Positions 50,688 through 63,020 of a DNA stretch of 64,000 nt are shown piece by piece (positions within the stretch are counted from its first letter, which is position 1; each line of letters begins with the position of its first letter). Source of the stretch: Phoronis australis. Its lineage: Eukaryota; Animalia; Phoronida. The position numbers and the translations under genes were made by a program. The DNA is taken from assembly GCA_002633005.1 (NCBI GenBank), contig NMRA01000751.1, forward strand, positions 72,629 to 136,628. Direction: 5' to 3'. The notes under the pieces were generated by a model. That model was not told the DNA's origin. It was given only the letters and a program-made list of their open reading frames with translations, and ran no database searches.

Positions 50688-51391
50688 CTGCAATCATTGA
50701 AAATAATAGCAATGCAACAACTTAAAATGAAGAAATCTGATCGGTTAACCAAGTTAACATTCAACATCACATTCAGTTAAAAATCACCACCAATTCTAAA
50801 GCAAAATTCCAGAATTTCCCACATGGTTCATTTTGCTGTCTTTTACGTTATTCTTGAATTTGGGATGGCCACTATAATTGCATCTTTCTAAAATTTGGTA
50901 TGAACTCTGACCTTGAGCAAAGTAATTATTAAATTTCACTGACCCAAACTGGAGAATGTTTACTGTATGTGGGAGCATGCAAAAGGTGTTTTTTTGTGGA
51001 GATCAACAAATTTTTTACAAAAACAGTGTTTTTGCACGAAACTTGAAAATTCTGTTTCTTTATTCAATTAGCTCCAAAAGAGGTGCAAGATTTTCTTTGA
51101 AGTCTCTTTGAGCAGATAGCTTGGCTGTCAAAAATCGAGACTACCGTTTTTTCAACGAAAGCTGACGGCTTCATTTTGAGAATGAAGTTCTCAGGCTAAA
51201 TGCCATTAATAAAGGAAAATCACAGAGACGGTTTTGTAGCCAGTAGAATAAAGAAAAAGAATTTGCAAGTTTCATGGGAAAAATCAATGTTTCTGAAAAT
51301 TATGGCCATCTTCATGCAAAGTGCAGTCAGATGATTAAGAACATCCATGCACATAAAATATTCTGCAATCATTAACAATTTTAAAAATATA

Positions 51392-52650
51392 CGAGGGTCG
51401 TTCAATAAGTTCTCGACCTCACCCAGAAAGCAACCAATTTCGACTTTCATTTTTTCAATATAATCTCCCGTTACATCAATGCATTTCTTCCATCTGTGCT
51501 TCAGTTTTGCAATGCCTTCGTAAAAGAAACTTTTGTCGAGCCCCTAAAAATACTCCTCCACTGCACTCATGACGTCATCATCACTAACACACTGGCGTCC
51601 ATGCAGTTAGGCCTTCAAATGTGGAAACAAATAAAAATCAGACAGGGCCAGGTCTGGAAAATAAGCAGGGAAGGATTTCAAAGCCATATCTAGTTGCTTC
51701 AGACACTGTAAATTGGGCAGTATGGGCAGGTGCGTTGTTTTATTGCGACAGCACTCCATCCCAAAACTTCCCGTGTCTCTTTTCCTTGATTGCTTTTTGA
51801 GTTTTTCCCAAAGTGATGCACAGTAATTCCCAGTAACAGTGTGTCTTCGTTGCAAGTAGTCGATCATCAGAATACCTTCGCTGTCCCAGAACACAGAGGC
51901 ATCCAACTTGAACTTTCTCAGGCTTGGGGAACCCATGTGCTTCCATTGTTTACTTTGGTGTTTTGATTCCGGGTCAAATTGGTGGACCCATGTCTCATCC
52001 TGGGTTACAACTCTTCCAGAAAATTTGGCTGGATCTGCTTGGAATCTTCCAAGAAGTTACTTTGAAATTTGCATTCTGCTCATTTTCTGATCCTGAGTTA
52101 ACATTCTTGGCACCCATCGTGCACTCAGCTTACTAATACCCAAATCTTCACTCAAAACTTTAGAGACGGACCCATTGATGACGCGAACAGTGTTTGCCAA
52201 ATGTTGAACAGTCATTCACCTGTTTTTTATAATCATTGCATGAATTTTCTGCACATTTTCACTAGATGTCGACGATTTGGACGTCCTAGACGAGGGTCAT
52301 CTTCAACGCTTTCTCTACCCCTCTTGAAACAAGCTGACCACTTTTTTACTGTGGAGTAGCTCGAGGAGTCTGTTCTGAGTGTTTGTTTGGATCTCTTCAT
52401 GAATATCTTTTGGTTTCATTAATTTTTTTACCTAAATACTTTATGACGGCTCTCGTCTCCATTATCTCCATGCTGCTAAATGTGTTGTCGTCTGCTCTTT
52501 TGAAGCAGCGCCACCTAGCGGCAGTTGACCATACTAATTCAGCATGAACGCAGTACTGTTATAACAGATGAAATTTTACTATGGTGTGAAAAAAATTAAC
52601 CTGTGTCCCTGTTTTCTTGGTGAGGCCGGGAACTTATTGAACGACCCTCG
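51392..52650 (-). mobile_element. Full-length mariner transposon with a decayed transposase
   Basis: TA-flanked TIRs cgagggtcgttcaataagtt; 1259 bp; minus-strand fragments VTQDETWVH, VFWDSEG, YFPDLALSDFYLFPHLK broken by frameshifts; ATG near 52471. Confidence 0.93.
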
Positions 52651-52809
52651 TATAGTTTTATTGTTAATGTACTATCAAGACCATAAAGTGGTTTAAGAAA
52701 TTCATTACTTGGTAACTAAGGTATCCTATCGCTAACAACCAAGGAACAAAAAACTACAAAATATTTTTTACAAATTTTGGTTATGTGATTACGGAGTTCT
52801 GTAACATAC

Positions 52810-52879
52810 TTTCGTACAAGCTTTAGGTATTCTCTGTCCTCTGTATAAAATTCAAGCTCTATCTTTCGTTTAATTGCTC
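52810..52879 (-). CDS. HDAC11: HDAC11 exon (AIKRKIELEFYTEDREYLKLVR)
   Basis: tttcag| and |gtatgt, 70 nt, phase 1-2. Confidence 0.92.
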
Positions 52880-53116
52880 CTGAAATTGGAATTATGGCTT
52901 ATTAGCACACACTCAACAAAACTGCATAACATAAATTTGATTCAAATATTTTCATTTATCCATCAATTTAATTTTACCCAAAGATAAGTGGGAATACATT
53001 AGCCTGATTATGTTTCCTGGTGGCCATGCGCCAAAGCCAACAGTTATCCACAAATCGGATCATGACTTATCTCCTTAGGGGCATAGCAAACTCCTTAGCA
53101 AACACTTTGATAAATA

Positions 53117-54538
53117 ATGAAACATATTCATTTGACTGAATATAAATCGGTAAATAAAACAACAAGAATGGATCAACTGAAATTTGAAATTTTCGGAGGT
53201 AATATTCCTCAACATGAAGGCATAGAAGCCTGTACCAAGTTTCTTAGTCAACGTAATAATCCTAATGTACCTACATCTTTTATTCGCTCTCTTCTTGAAC
53301 ATGTACTTACCATGAATCATTTTACCTTTAATAATAATCACTATCTCCAAATATTAGGCACAGCCATGGGAACTAGGGTTGCTCCTACCTTTGCTAACCT
53401 CTTTATGGGAAATCTTGAAAACAGCTTCATCAAATCCTGCTCTGAAAAACCCCTTCTCTGGCTAAGATACATTGATGACATTTTTATGATATGGACCCAT
53501 GGTCCACAAAAATTAGATGTATTTTTAGAAAATATTAACAAATTTCACCCTACTATAAAGTTCACTCATGACATTTCTCAAAATAAAGTCTCATTTTTAG
53601 ATGTAACTGTCACTCTTAATAATGATAAACTAGAAACTGACTTATTCTGTAAAGAAACTGACAAACACCAGTATCTGTCATATCACTCGTGTCATCCCTT
53701 TCATTGCAAGAAAAGCCTTCCATATAGCCTTGCCCTAAGAATTCGACGCATTTGTTCAGAAGAAACTTCCTTTAATAACCGTTTAAAAGAACTCAAGTAC
53801 TATCTAATTCAACGTCATTTCCCCTTACATCTTATACACAAACAGTTTGACAAAGTCCGCTCAATTACTCGAAATGAATCTTTAAGAACTAAAACTAAAG
53901 GCAATACTACTAATAGAATACCTTTCATAACTATGTTCAATCCATGTTTAAACGGAATTAGCCACGTCTTCAAAAAACATCTTTCTACACTGCATATTTC
54001 CCCTCAAATGAAAAACCTATTTCCTCATCCCCCTATAATTTCTTGGAGAAAATGTAAAAATCTAAAAAATTATTTAGTTAAAGCTAATATCGACAATATA
54101 CACCAAACTGACAAACCTATTGGCAACACACAATGTAACAAAACTAGGTGTAAAATGTGTAACTTCATCAACGATAGCACTTTTTTCCAGTCTTCCCAAA
54201 CCAATGAAAACTTTGAAATAAAACATTATTCTGATTGCACCACCAACAATATTATTTACCTTATAACTTGTAAAAAATGTTCTATCCAATACGTAGGACA
54301 AACTCAACATAATCTACAAACTCGGTTTCGTAATCATAGATTTAACATAATACATAAAAACATTTCTGATACTGTAGGTAATCATTTCAATTCCAAAAAC
54401 CATAATATTCAAGATCTTTCTGTACAAATAATAGAAAAACTCCAACACCCCAGTACCCCTCACAGACTTAAAAGAGAACAATATTGGATAGACAAACTGA
54501 ATACAATAGAACCTCATGGATTGAACATAAAAACTTAA
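53117..54538 (+). CDS. Penelope-like RT (partial) + GIY-YIG endonuclease ORF
   Basis: GTAMG and RYIDD RT motifs; IIYLITCKKC..YVGQT, RFRNH, REQYWI..L.T..P.GLN endonuclease motifs; first ~28 codons come from the inverted repeat and flank. Confidence 0.9.
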   Translation: MKHIHLTEYKSVNKTTRMDQLKFEIFGGNIPQHEGIEACTKFLSQRNNPNVPTSFIRSLLEHVLTMNHFTFNNNHYLQILGTAMGTRVAPTFANLFMGNLENSFIKSCSEKPLLWLRYIDDIFMIWTHGPQKLDVFLENINKFHPTIKFTHDISQNKVSFLDVTVTLNNDKLETDLFCKETDKHQYLSYHSCHPFHCKKSLPYSLALRIRRICSEETSFNNRLKELKYYLIQRHFPLHLIHKQFDKVRSITRNESLRTKTKGNTTNRIPFITMFNPCLNGISHVFKKHLSTLHISPQMKNLFPHPPIISWRKCKNLKNYLVKANIDNIHQTDKPIGNTQCNKTRCKMCNFINDSTFFQSSQTNENFEIKHYSDCTTNNIIYLITCKKCSIQYVGQTQHNLQTRFRNHRFNIIHKNISDTVGNHFNSKNHNIQDLSVQIIEKLQHPSTPHRLKREQYWIDKLNTIEPHGLNIKT

Positions 54539-54724
54539 AATATGTCATTGAATTTTTTACGCAAAAATGTATCATTTTCATTACACCATATCTTATATGT
54601 CAATTGTCATTTCGTGTTTGATTTTACTTTATTTCTGTTTTTGTTGATAAAGGAAGTTGTTACCTCCGAAAATTTCAAATTTCAGTTGATCCATTCTTGT
54701 TGTTTTATTTACCGATTTATATTC
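53138..54724 (+). mobile_element. 5'-truncated Penelope-like retroelement with inverted terminal repeat
   Basis: 65-bp inverted repeat at 53138-53202 / 54660-54724 flanking an RT + GIY-YIG ORF. Confidence 0.92.
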
Positions 54725-54815
54725 TTCATTTCACGAAACAATAGTATCCTTGGGAGGATCTGGATCGCCTTATTTAGTTTCAGATATATTTTCTACATTT
54801 GACTGAGAGATACAT

Positions 54816-56116
54816 AATATTGAAAAGTTCTTCAGGCATACAAAATCGATGAAATACACACCAGTTAACCTTTTTGGCTATGGGTTCTACAGCCTTTGTC
54901 AAACTAATATTGTCGTGAGTGGGTTGGACACGTGACGTGATCGTTATGGACTGGGGAAATCTGTCGGTCGTCTTGTCTGCTTGTAGTACATTGCAATGGC
55001 GTAGATATATGCGCACATGGAGTTGTAATTAACATATACCATGACTCTGGATACAATTTAGTCAACAAATACCTTGAACATATCCATGAAAATCTCGCGA
55101 TTCGCTCGAATATCTCTCACTGGCGCCATTTTTAGGAAGTTACGTGAAATCACGCCTGTTGACAAACAAAAAGTCCAAGGGACACAAATCTTACAAATTT
55201 CACTAGATATCTTCCCATGCTATTTTGCAAGTGTCACGCCCCAGGTCACGCGCTTCACTCATTCTCACGTCAGCCTTTGCCTCATACTCACCTGACTCAG
55301 TTGAATTATCATCGCGCTCACGGTGAAAAAATTAACGGTAACCAAAAAGTGGAGTTGTAATTCTTCGCCAAAGTAACCTGAATTCTTGTAGCTATGCTTC
55401 ATCGAAGATATGTTTAAAATCAGAAAGGATCACTGAAGAAAGTAAGCACCTTTTTAAGTGATAGTTTTAAGTGTAGAATGTATTTTCGATGAGGTGAAAA
55501 CTCTTAATCAGTGGGCGGATTTCACCTACCGCCCGTTTAAAATATACGGGAAGAAATTAGTACAGAACGCGATTTGCGTATTGTAGCGCAAACCTGAATT
55601 ACATTTCCCACAACAGCTTGTTTGGAATTTTTCACACTAAAAGATTAAAAACTCGAACTAAACTGAACAGAATACACTCTGCTACCGTATTGGGCAAATG
55701 GCCAAATGACAAGATTTTGCCCTACTTTCGGTGACGTCATAGGTAAGTCTTACAGAATCTCGCATTATTGTTATTAACTCGTAAAGGGACCATTGTCCGC
55801 CCAATCAATGTGAGTTATTTTAATATTTGTTCTGTAATCATTATTTATTTATTTATTTGTTTATGTGTTTTACTTCACACCTGCACACCAGAAGAAAGGA
55901 GGCTGTTCCGAAATTATGTACGTCCCAGTATCAAGCTTGGTAACAAAAAGTCTTTTCGTGTCTTTAACAAACTAATCATTAATACTAAGATTTCTGGGTA
56001 AATAAATATATTGACTCCAAAAATCATTAGTTTGACAAAGGCTGTAGAACCCATAGCAAAAAAAATGTTAACTGGTATATAACTCACTGACTGTGTATGA
56101 ATATCTTTTCAATATT
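54816..56116. repeat. ~90-bp inverted repeat pair (54816-54908 / 56026-56116) enclosing ~1.1 kb
   Basis: attagtttgacaaaggctgtagaacccatagc is shared in opposite orientations. Confidence 0.8.
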
Positions 56117-57206
56117 GAATTCAATTTAATAATTAACCAGCCCTTATTTGGGTGATAAAACAGATAAAAAGAAACAATCAGTTCATTTGACTAACAACCG
56201 TGTGACGACAGGTACATGAATCAAAAAGAATGGTGAAAATTTCGTCAGATAAATATAAAAATTGATTCGCCTCATAGGCTAAGTGAGTAACGGGATTATT
56301 TGCCTAACCATCACTCTACAAATGGCCCCCGATTGGGCAAAACCATTGGTTTCACAAAGAGGCTGAAATAAAAATGTGTGGATAAGACAGAGTAGTTGTA
56401 ACTATGCGAAATGAGAAAAGACATCTCAAGTACATTTTTATCTGGCAATCAAGTCTCATCAAGTGTTATGCTGTATCACTATATTTACATGCAATTGTTG
56501 CCAATGTCAGAAAAAGTAAGTTCCTCAACACTTTAAGTAGTACACAATTATTGTACTCGGGGTAATTCAATTTTTTGAACGAGATGCATTATTTCAGATT
56601 AGAACAAATAACAGCATATACATATATGTGTTTCACACCTGCATCCACTCATCGAATTCATATCGCATCTTATCGCAATATTTTCTTGTAATGAATTATA
56701 ATGAAATAAAAGCATCTTTAAAAACACATGAGCCAATCTTTTGACAAACTGGTCCACTTTCTCGTTTTCAGTGACTGTAAATATATTTATCTAAATTATA
56801 CTACTTCTTAAGGGATTTTCTGAAGATTTCAATTGGCCTTGCATTTTTAAGATGTTTGTAAGTATGGTATTTGGCCAATATCGAGACTAAATTTAAATCT
56901 GGTGGTTCCGCTTGTCCTAAGATGACTTTGTTAATCTAATATCAAATTCATATTAGCTGGCAAGCACCAACTACCAAGTTGAACACTGAACCAAAATGAG
57001 CTTGTAAAAAGCAATTAACATAACAAACAAAGGTAACAATGATTCAGGAATCAAACCACCCACAAGATGTGCACGACAGGGACCGATAGATCCCGATTTT
57101 AAACAGGTAGGAAATTGTTAGTGTCCAAATAATATTTTAAGATTATAAGCTACCAGCGGTATAGGTGACATAGGTGGCTAGCAATGAACTGGGATGTTCA
57201 ACTTAC

Positions 57207-57303
57207 TTTTAGCAAAACCATCATGTGGATAGATTCCCCTATTGTACACATCCAAGATGTAAACTCGCTCATCATTCATGAAATCTCGCTCATGACCATT
57301 TCC
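57207..57303 (-). CDS. HDAC11: HDAC11 exon (GNGHERDFMNDERVYILDVYNRGIYPHDGFAK)
   Basis: tttcag| and |gtaagt, 97 nt, phase 0-1. Confidence 0.95.
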
Positions 57304-57809
57304 CTGAAAAAAAGAATACAGCAAAACATTTTAGGAAACAAAACACTGATGCACGAATGGCCCAAAACAATATATTTGCAATTTTCTTCATTTTATTGAC
57401 TATTCCACAACCTTAACTTGCGTTTTAATTGGTCAAAATGATATAATTGAACTTTTGAAATGACCAAACGAATACACAAATCTCAAGTTCATATACTCAT
57501 CAAATCATACTGCTCTCACCATTGCAGAATGCCTCTAAAATTTAACAATATCACAAAATGCAATAACTGTTACATTTTACATTCATTATTACATTTTAGG
57601 TTGCTAGGCCGCTCCTAAAATGTAGCAAGTTGTTACATGAGATGTAAGTCACAAGTAAAAGATTACAGTCTGAACTCAGTTCTCCGTGGCAAACAATACC
57701 GTGCTTGACGATAGTTCAGAAATAATCAATTTTTGAATTGGCGTACGCCTAAATAAGATTTTAAATCTCAACCTCCTCGTTTCCAAAAAATAGTCCTACT
57801 CTGCATCCA

Positions 57810-58850
57810 CACCAATGCTGTCACATTTTGTCACTAGAGGGCACTGTGGTTTTTGGATCAGTTCGATACGTGGCACCATTTGTCGCTGGTTCCACAGAAA
57901 CCCACCTTTCAAATTTTACAAAGCGCCTTTAAAAGGTGAAGATAATTCAGCCGCAGACGCATTAAACAAAATCCCCACTAGGGGGCAACACAGTAGTCGG
58001 ACCCATCCGAAAGTCAATGTCAGTTTTGGCCTTCTTATCGGGAATGCATCTGTAAATTTTCACAATGATTCTTTGAGTTATATGGCAGATAGAGAGGCAG
58101 ATGCCATAAAACAGTCACAAAAATAACAAAAATGGCCACGAGGGGGCGTAAAATCCATTGAATTCGTTCTAAAATGAAACAGCATCATTGCCTCTTAATT
58201 AAAAACCTATTTGCCAAATTTTTTGAAAATCCATTAAGGAACTCTGAAGATATGGAGGAAAACGTAAAAAAATAAATTGCCACTAGGGGCACACCAATCG
58301 TCGCATTGGTCTGAAACTTGTCATCACCTGTTGTCAGCTCCAAAGTAACATATCTGCCAAATATCACATGTTCTTGCAAAGGCTTAAGGAGATACAGCCA
58401 CAGACCGAAAAAATCCCAGAGGCGCCACAGTAGGGAAACCCATCCAAAAATCCACATCAGCCGTGGTCTCCTCATTAAGAATGCACCTGCATATTTTCAT
58501 AATGAGTCTTCAAGCGATTTGGCAGAGAAAATTAGCCGGTTACGTTGGCGCAGATTCGTCAAAGCCGTTCAAAAATGGAAAAATTACGTTTACTTAGCCA
58601 TATTTCATGCAAATCCATCCACAAATTCCTAAGATACAGAGGAAACCATGAAACAATAAATTTGCCACTAGGGGGCACAGAGGTCGTCGGATCAGTTCAA
58701 AAGTCATCGTCATCTGTCGTCAGCTTCAGAGACACGTCTTCCAAATCTTATTAAAATCCTATGAGGGGTTTAGGAGATACAGCTTCAGACACCCGATGCC
58801 CAGACAGAGATGACAGCAATATGCACCCACATAAAATGTAGGCGCATAAA
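57810..58850 (-). mobile_element. HINE-like repeat, reverse orientation
   Basis: Reverse complement of the head (tttatgcgcctacattttatgtgggtgcat) at 58821-58850; repeated ttgccactagggg cores. Confidence 0.65.
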
Positions 58851-59308
58851 GATATAGATAGCATGACTAAACAAATTAAGCTTTACTATTGCATAGTGAG
58901 TTGCAATGCAGACATCTAAAAAAATTAAGCTGTCTGAGTGATCCCCGGTACAATAAAATCGTTCCTCATCAACTTGTTCAACTTGACTGAGAAGTGAAGC
59001 AGAACCTTTGGCTTTCGAAAATTAGGTCAATCAATACGTTTTTTACTAATCTGCATATGAGAGTTGTGAGAATTAACTTGGACACATTTACAAGGCATCC
59101 ATACATGCAGTGTAGAAGCATGCATCTATATGTGAAACAAGTGAGTAAAAAAGTCTTTAGCAGAGTGTAGTGCGAAAGGGTCTAAAAAAGTTTATGTAAG
59201 AGAATGCCGAGCGCTGAAATGCACCCACGGATGCACCACATCAAGCTAGGATCCCTTTACGAGCATATTACCTGGTAATCAGCAAGTCCAACTAAAAACC
59301 GAACTTGC

Positions 59309-59491
59309 CTGATGTGCGTCCAAATCCACAATCATCACTTTACTGATGCCCTCTAGCTTCTGGAACATGAACTTGATGGAGAGCGTGATGTCAGCATAGG
59401 CACAGAATCCCCCACCCTGATTCGATGAGCAGTGATGGAAACCACCGCCAATATTCAGTGCCCAGCCACGCTCAACAGCCAGCTTACCAGC
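59309..59491 (-). CDS. HDAC11: HDAC11 exon (AGKLAVERGWALNIGGGFHHC...VDLDAHQ) with GC donor
   Basis: acttag| acceptor, 183 nt, donor cag|gcaagt. Confidence 0.94.
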
Positions 59492-60091
59492 CTAAGTACA
59501 ATAAAAGTAAAGTCAGAATAATAATTAAATAGAAATCATAATAATAGTGCTAGTAATAGCAAGAACAACAATACAATTAATAGTAATCACTTATTATGAA
59601 GGTGCTTCTCGAACTGCTGGTGTTTTTGCTATTGTCCAACCCGTCCATCTTTTGTTAAGTCAATAGCAATACATTTGCCAAACTTCCAAAAGATCCGGTC
59701 TTAGTAAGGGTGTTTTGGAAATTCAGCCCCAGATATTAAACATGTCACTTGGGGCACAAGAGAAGTTGAACCCACCTAAAGTTCCATGTCAGTGCGCCCT
59801 TGTCAGTAGGAATACACCTGGCAATTTTCATAATGATCCTCTTGAGTTGTTTGGCAAATACAGACTTCTCAAGTTTTTTAAAATGACCACTGGGTGGCGC
59901 AGAATCACCAAAGCTATCCAAACATGGAAAAGTGTTGTAGTCTCCTTAATAGAGACCTATTTGCCAGTTTCATAACAATTCATTCAAGAACTTTAAAGGT
60001 CCAAGCCATACCTCCCATCAGACAATGTTTCTGAGAAATTGCAGACACTTACTGGTAAAACAATGTTAGAAACTTCTGAAAAATGAAAACA

Positions 60092-62729
60092 GGTGGCGTT
60101 GTCGTAGTATTGCCACGCTTGAAGTTTGTTTCTCTCTAATTTTGTGTTTTATGCACTCGTAATCTGGTTCCTGCACTTTAATTGCTATCAAGCCAGAAAG
60201 ACTTTGTTGCTCTTTGGTGAGTTAAGTCCCGTGCGTGTGTCTATATTCTGTTAGAGCAAACTTTCACTAGTCGCACTGTAATTACTGAAACAGTCGTCGG
60301 ACATTTTGATATTCTCGACCTACATCGATTGTGAAGCTACTGTTACGTAATTGATATCTCACCATGCCTCCCAAGAACACTCCAACCAGTAGTAGGCCAC
60401 AAACCCGGGGGATCACGTCTTATCTAACTCAACCGGACCCCTCTACCCCTGACATTCCTAACAGGGAGCAATTGAAACTTTTGAATGATTAATTTGAGAA
60501 CTTGAAATCAGATGTATTTAAAGAAGTAGAAGCTCTGCGACAAGTAACATGAGAGGAAAATCATCGTCTACATGAAAAGGTGAAAAATCTTGAGTCTAAA
60601 TCGGATGACCTAAAGAATCGATAAAGACGCGACAACTTGATCTTTCATGGCATACCGCAGGAGAATCACGAATCTGAGTCCAAAGCTACAGACTTTTTGA
60701 AGGACTGCTTGGATGTTCGTTGATGGTGTCATAATCGAACGAGCTCATAGAATTGGCCAAAAAAAAAAAAATTGCAAACAAATCATTGCAAAAATGAAGT
60801 CTAAAGATAAACACAAGGTACTACACAATAAGAAGAACAACAATAACACTGATGTCTCAGTGATGTCACTCAGGACTTCTCCGCACCTGTGAAGAAGGCG
60901 AGGCGCCATGTGTATGAATTCTCACGTGGTAAGAACTGGGCAAATGCAAAGATTAGGTACGACAAATTAATATACGAAGGTTCTGTTTATGTTTACAATG
61001 TCGAATCAGATGAGGTGATGAAGCGCAAGCCAATGGTTATAGTTTCTGGACAACCCCTTGAAACTGGTGTTAATGAACCTGAAGAGAATGGCGCAGCACG
61101 TTACTAGTGGTGAGGCCACGGCCCTACACTTTCAATGGTTTCTTGGAATGCACAAGGATTAGAAAATGTTATTGTTAGGGACGAAGTTCAAATATACCTA
61201 AAAATTACAATATAATTTGTATCTGTGAAACATGGGCAAAACGCTCAGATCAATTTGAGCTGTCTCGTTTAATCTTTGTTATAAAATGTAAAAAGAAAAG
61301 GTAGATACTCTGGAGGTGTTAGTATTTTCATTAAACAATCAATTTCTAAATATTTCAAGAGCATAGTACATTCACAGTTTCCCTTTGGTATCTGTTTGAA
61401 ATGCGATAAGGAACTATTTGGTATTGTTCAGGGTGTTTTGATGTTTTTTTGTTTATTTACCCCTGAGAGTTCAAGTTCGTATGTTAATGGCACAGGTGCA
61501 CCAGAGAACAGCGGTATATTATTGTTGCATAGAGAGATTAAAAACTATACTGATCGTTTCAAAGATTGTTCGTTGGCTAATGTGGGCGACCTAAATGCCA
61601 GAACAGCGAATCTGATAGACTTCATTTTAGATGACAGCCCAAAATATTTGCCATGACAGGACTGGTATGAAGTGTAGACTTTTAGTTTGCCTAAGAATTC
61701 TAAGGACGAAGTTGTAAACAATATTGGTAAAACTCTCATTGAGTTATGTCACGAACTTTGTATTCTTATTGTCAACGGTCGTTTCCCTGGTGATATGCAA
61801 ATATTTGATATAGTAGAAGATTTTGTTGTGGATGAATGGGATGACTCTGATCAACTACCAGGTATTTGTAAGTTTAGGTGTTGTTGGTCAGAGATCAACC
61901 CTCCTATGGTTCCATTGTTACACCCGCATAGCCCGATTCAGTGGGAAAGTTCTAATGCACAGGCATTCTCTCGGGTTTTTTCAACAGGCGCTGAGAATTG
62001 TGCGGTGGCTGTGGATAGCTCGGTGGCTAGTGGCAATCAAGATAATGCGGTCAGATCCATTACAGATTTGCTGTGGCAGTCAGCCATATCAACCATGGAA
62101 ACTCGTACGTCTACTTATAGTTAGACTGAAGTAAATCAGAACTCGTCCACCCTGGTGGGATGATGAATTGGCTTCGGCCAAACGAGCAAAAATATGGTCT
62201 TTAAAACTGCTTCTTAAAAACTCTTCTGTTTTTTTACCTTAACGAGTATGAAGTAAAAAAGAAGGCTTTCTGTGATCTGTTTAAACAGAAAGAGAAAGCA
62301 TATCAAGCCATTAAACGTTCCAAAAATAACCCTAAGGAGTTCTGACAAATAATTAAATCCAGTATTCGGACATCCCGTATGTCTTCTACAATTAATCCGC
62401 AGAAATTGAACAACTATTTCAAGGATTTATTGAACCAAAACTGCTAATGTAATTCGGGATGAGTAGAGGACAAATACCACGTTGTGTTTAGTTTGCAGTG
62501 CGTACCAAGACCTTCGGGTTAAGTACTTATTAAGTGATCGTTTTTGTCATTCTCCCACGAAATCTAAATTTGAATCTCTCATGAGAACTCCGGATATCCT
62601 ACTTCTAAAATTCGTCCACCATGCTCTCAATTTATTATCTAGTTTGTAACGCACCTGACAATGTTCTGTCTTGTACATGTTATGCTGTGGACCTATGGCC
62701 ATATGTATGTATATATATACTTCAATAAA
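60092..62729 (+). mobile_element. Decayed non-LTR retrotransposon (RTE-X/L2-like) with ORF1 and APE remnants and the RT deleted
   Basis: 13-bp TSD aaaaatgaaaaca (60079-60091, 62730-62742); ORF1 RRDNLIFHGIP, IERAHRIG; APE SWNAQG, ETW, GDLNART, IVNGR; 3' EDKYH..C..Y.DLR; AATAAA tail. Confidence 0.82.
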
Positions 62730-62903
62730 AAAAATGAAAACAATAACAATTTTGGAAATTATTTTTGTCCCATGTTGGTGAGATTGTACCACAAATCGAG
62801 CAAACTACGATAACACTTTTGCAAAAGATTATGAAGTGTAACGTGTGCCCACAAAATCACATGACCGACAACATGGACTCAAGAAAAATTAAAAATCACT
62901 CAC

Positions 62904-63020
62904 CAATATAGTGCCACCAGTGTGGAAGCGAAACGGACGCAGAACTTTGCGCTGCACAACACAATTAGGTAAGAGGGCCACGGGTGGAACTTCAGTTATT
63001 CCTGCTACGTTGAAACTCCA
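62904..63020 (-). CDS. HDAC11: HDAC11 exon (WSFNVAGITEVPPVALLPNCVVQRKVLRPFRFHTGGTIL)
   Basis: ttgcag| and |gtgagt on the minus strand, 117 nt, phase 0-0. Confidence 0.94.

Larger units (their letters stand above)
46532..63020 (-). other. HDAC11: HDAC11 (class IV histone deacetylase / de-fatty-acylase) gene, 3' portion; 5' exons lie beyond the window
   Basis: Seven phase-consistent exons with GGGFHH, DLDAHQGNG, YNAGTD and SGGY motifs. Confidence 0.93.

Noticed and set aside
53117-53202. ATG and N-terminus of the 473-aa ORF as a genuine start
   Set aside because: These codons derive from the flank and the inverted copy of the element's 3' end; the RT is truncated.
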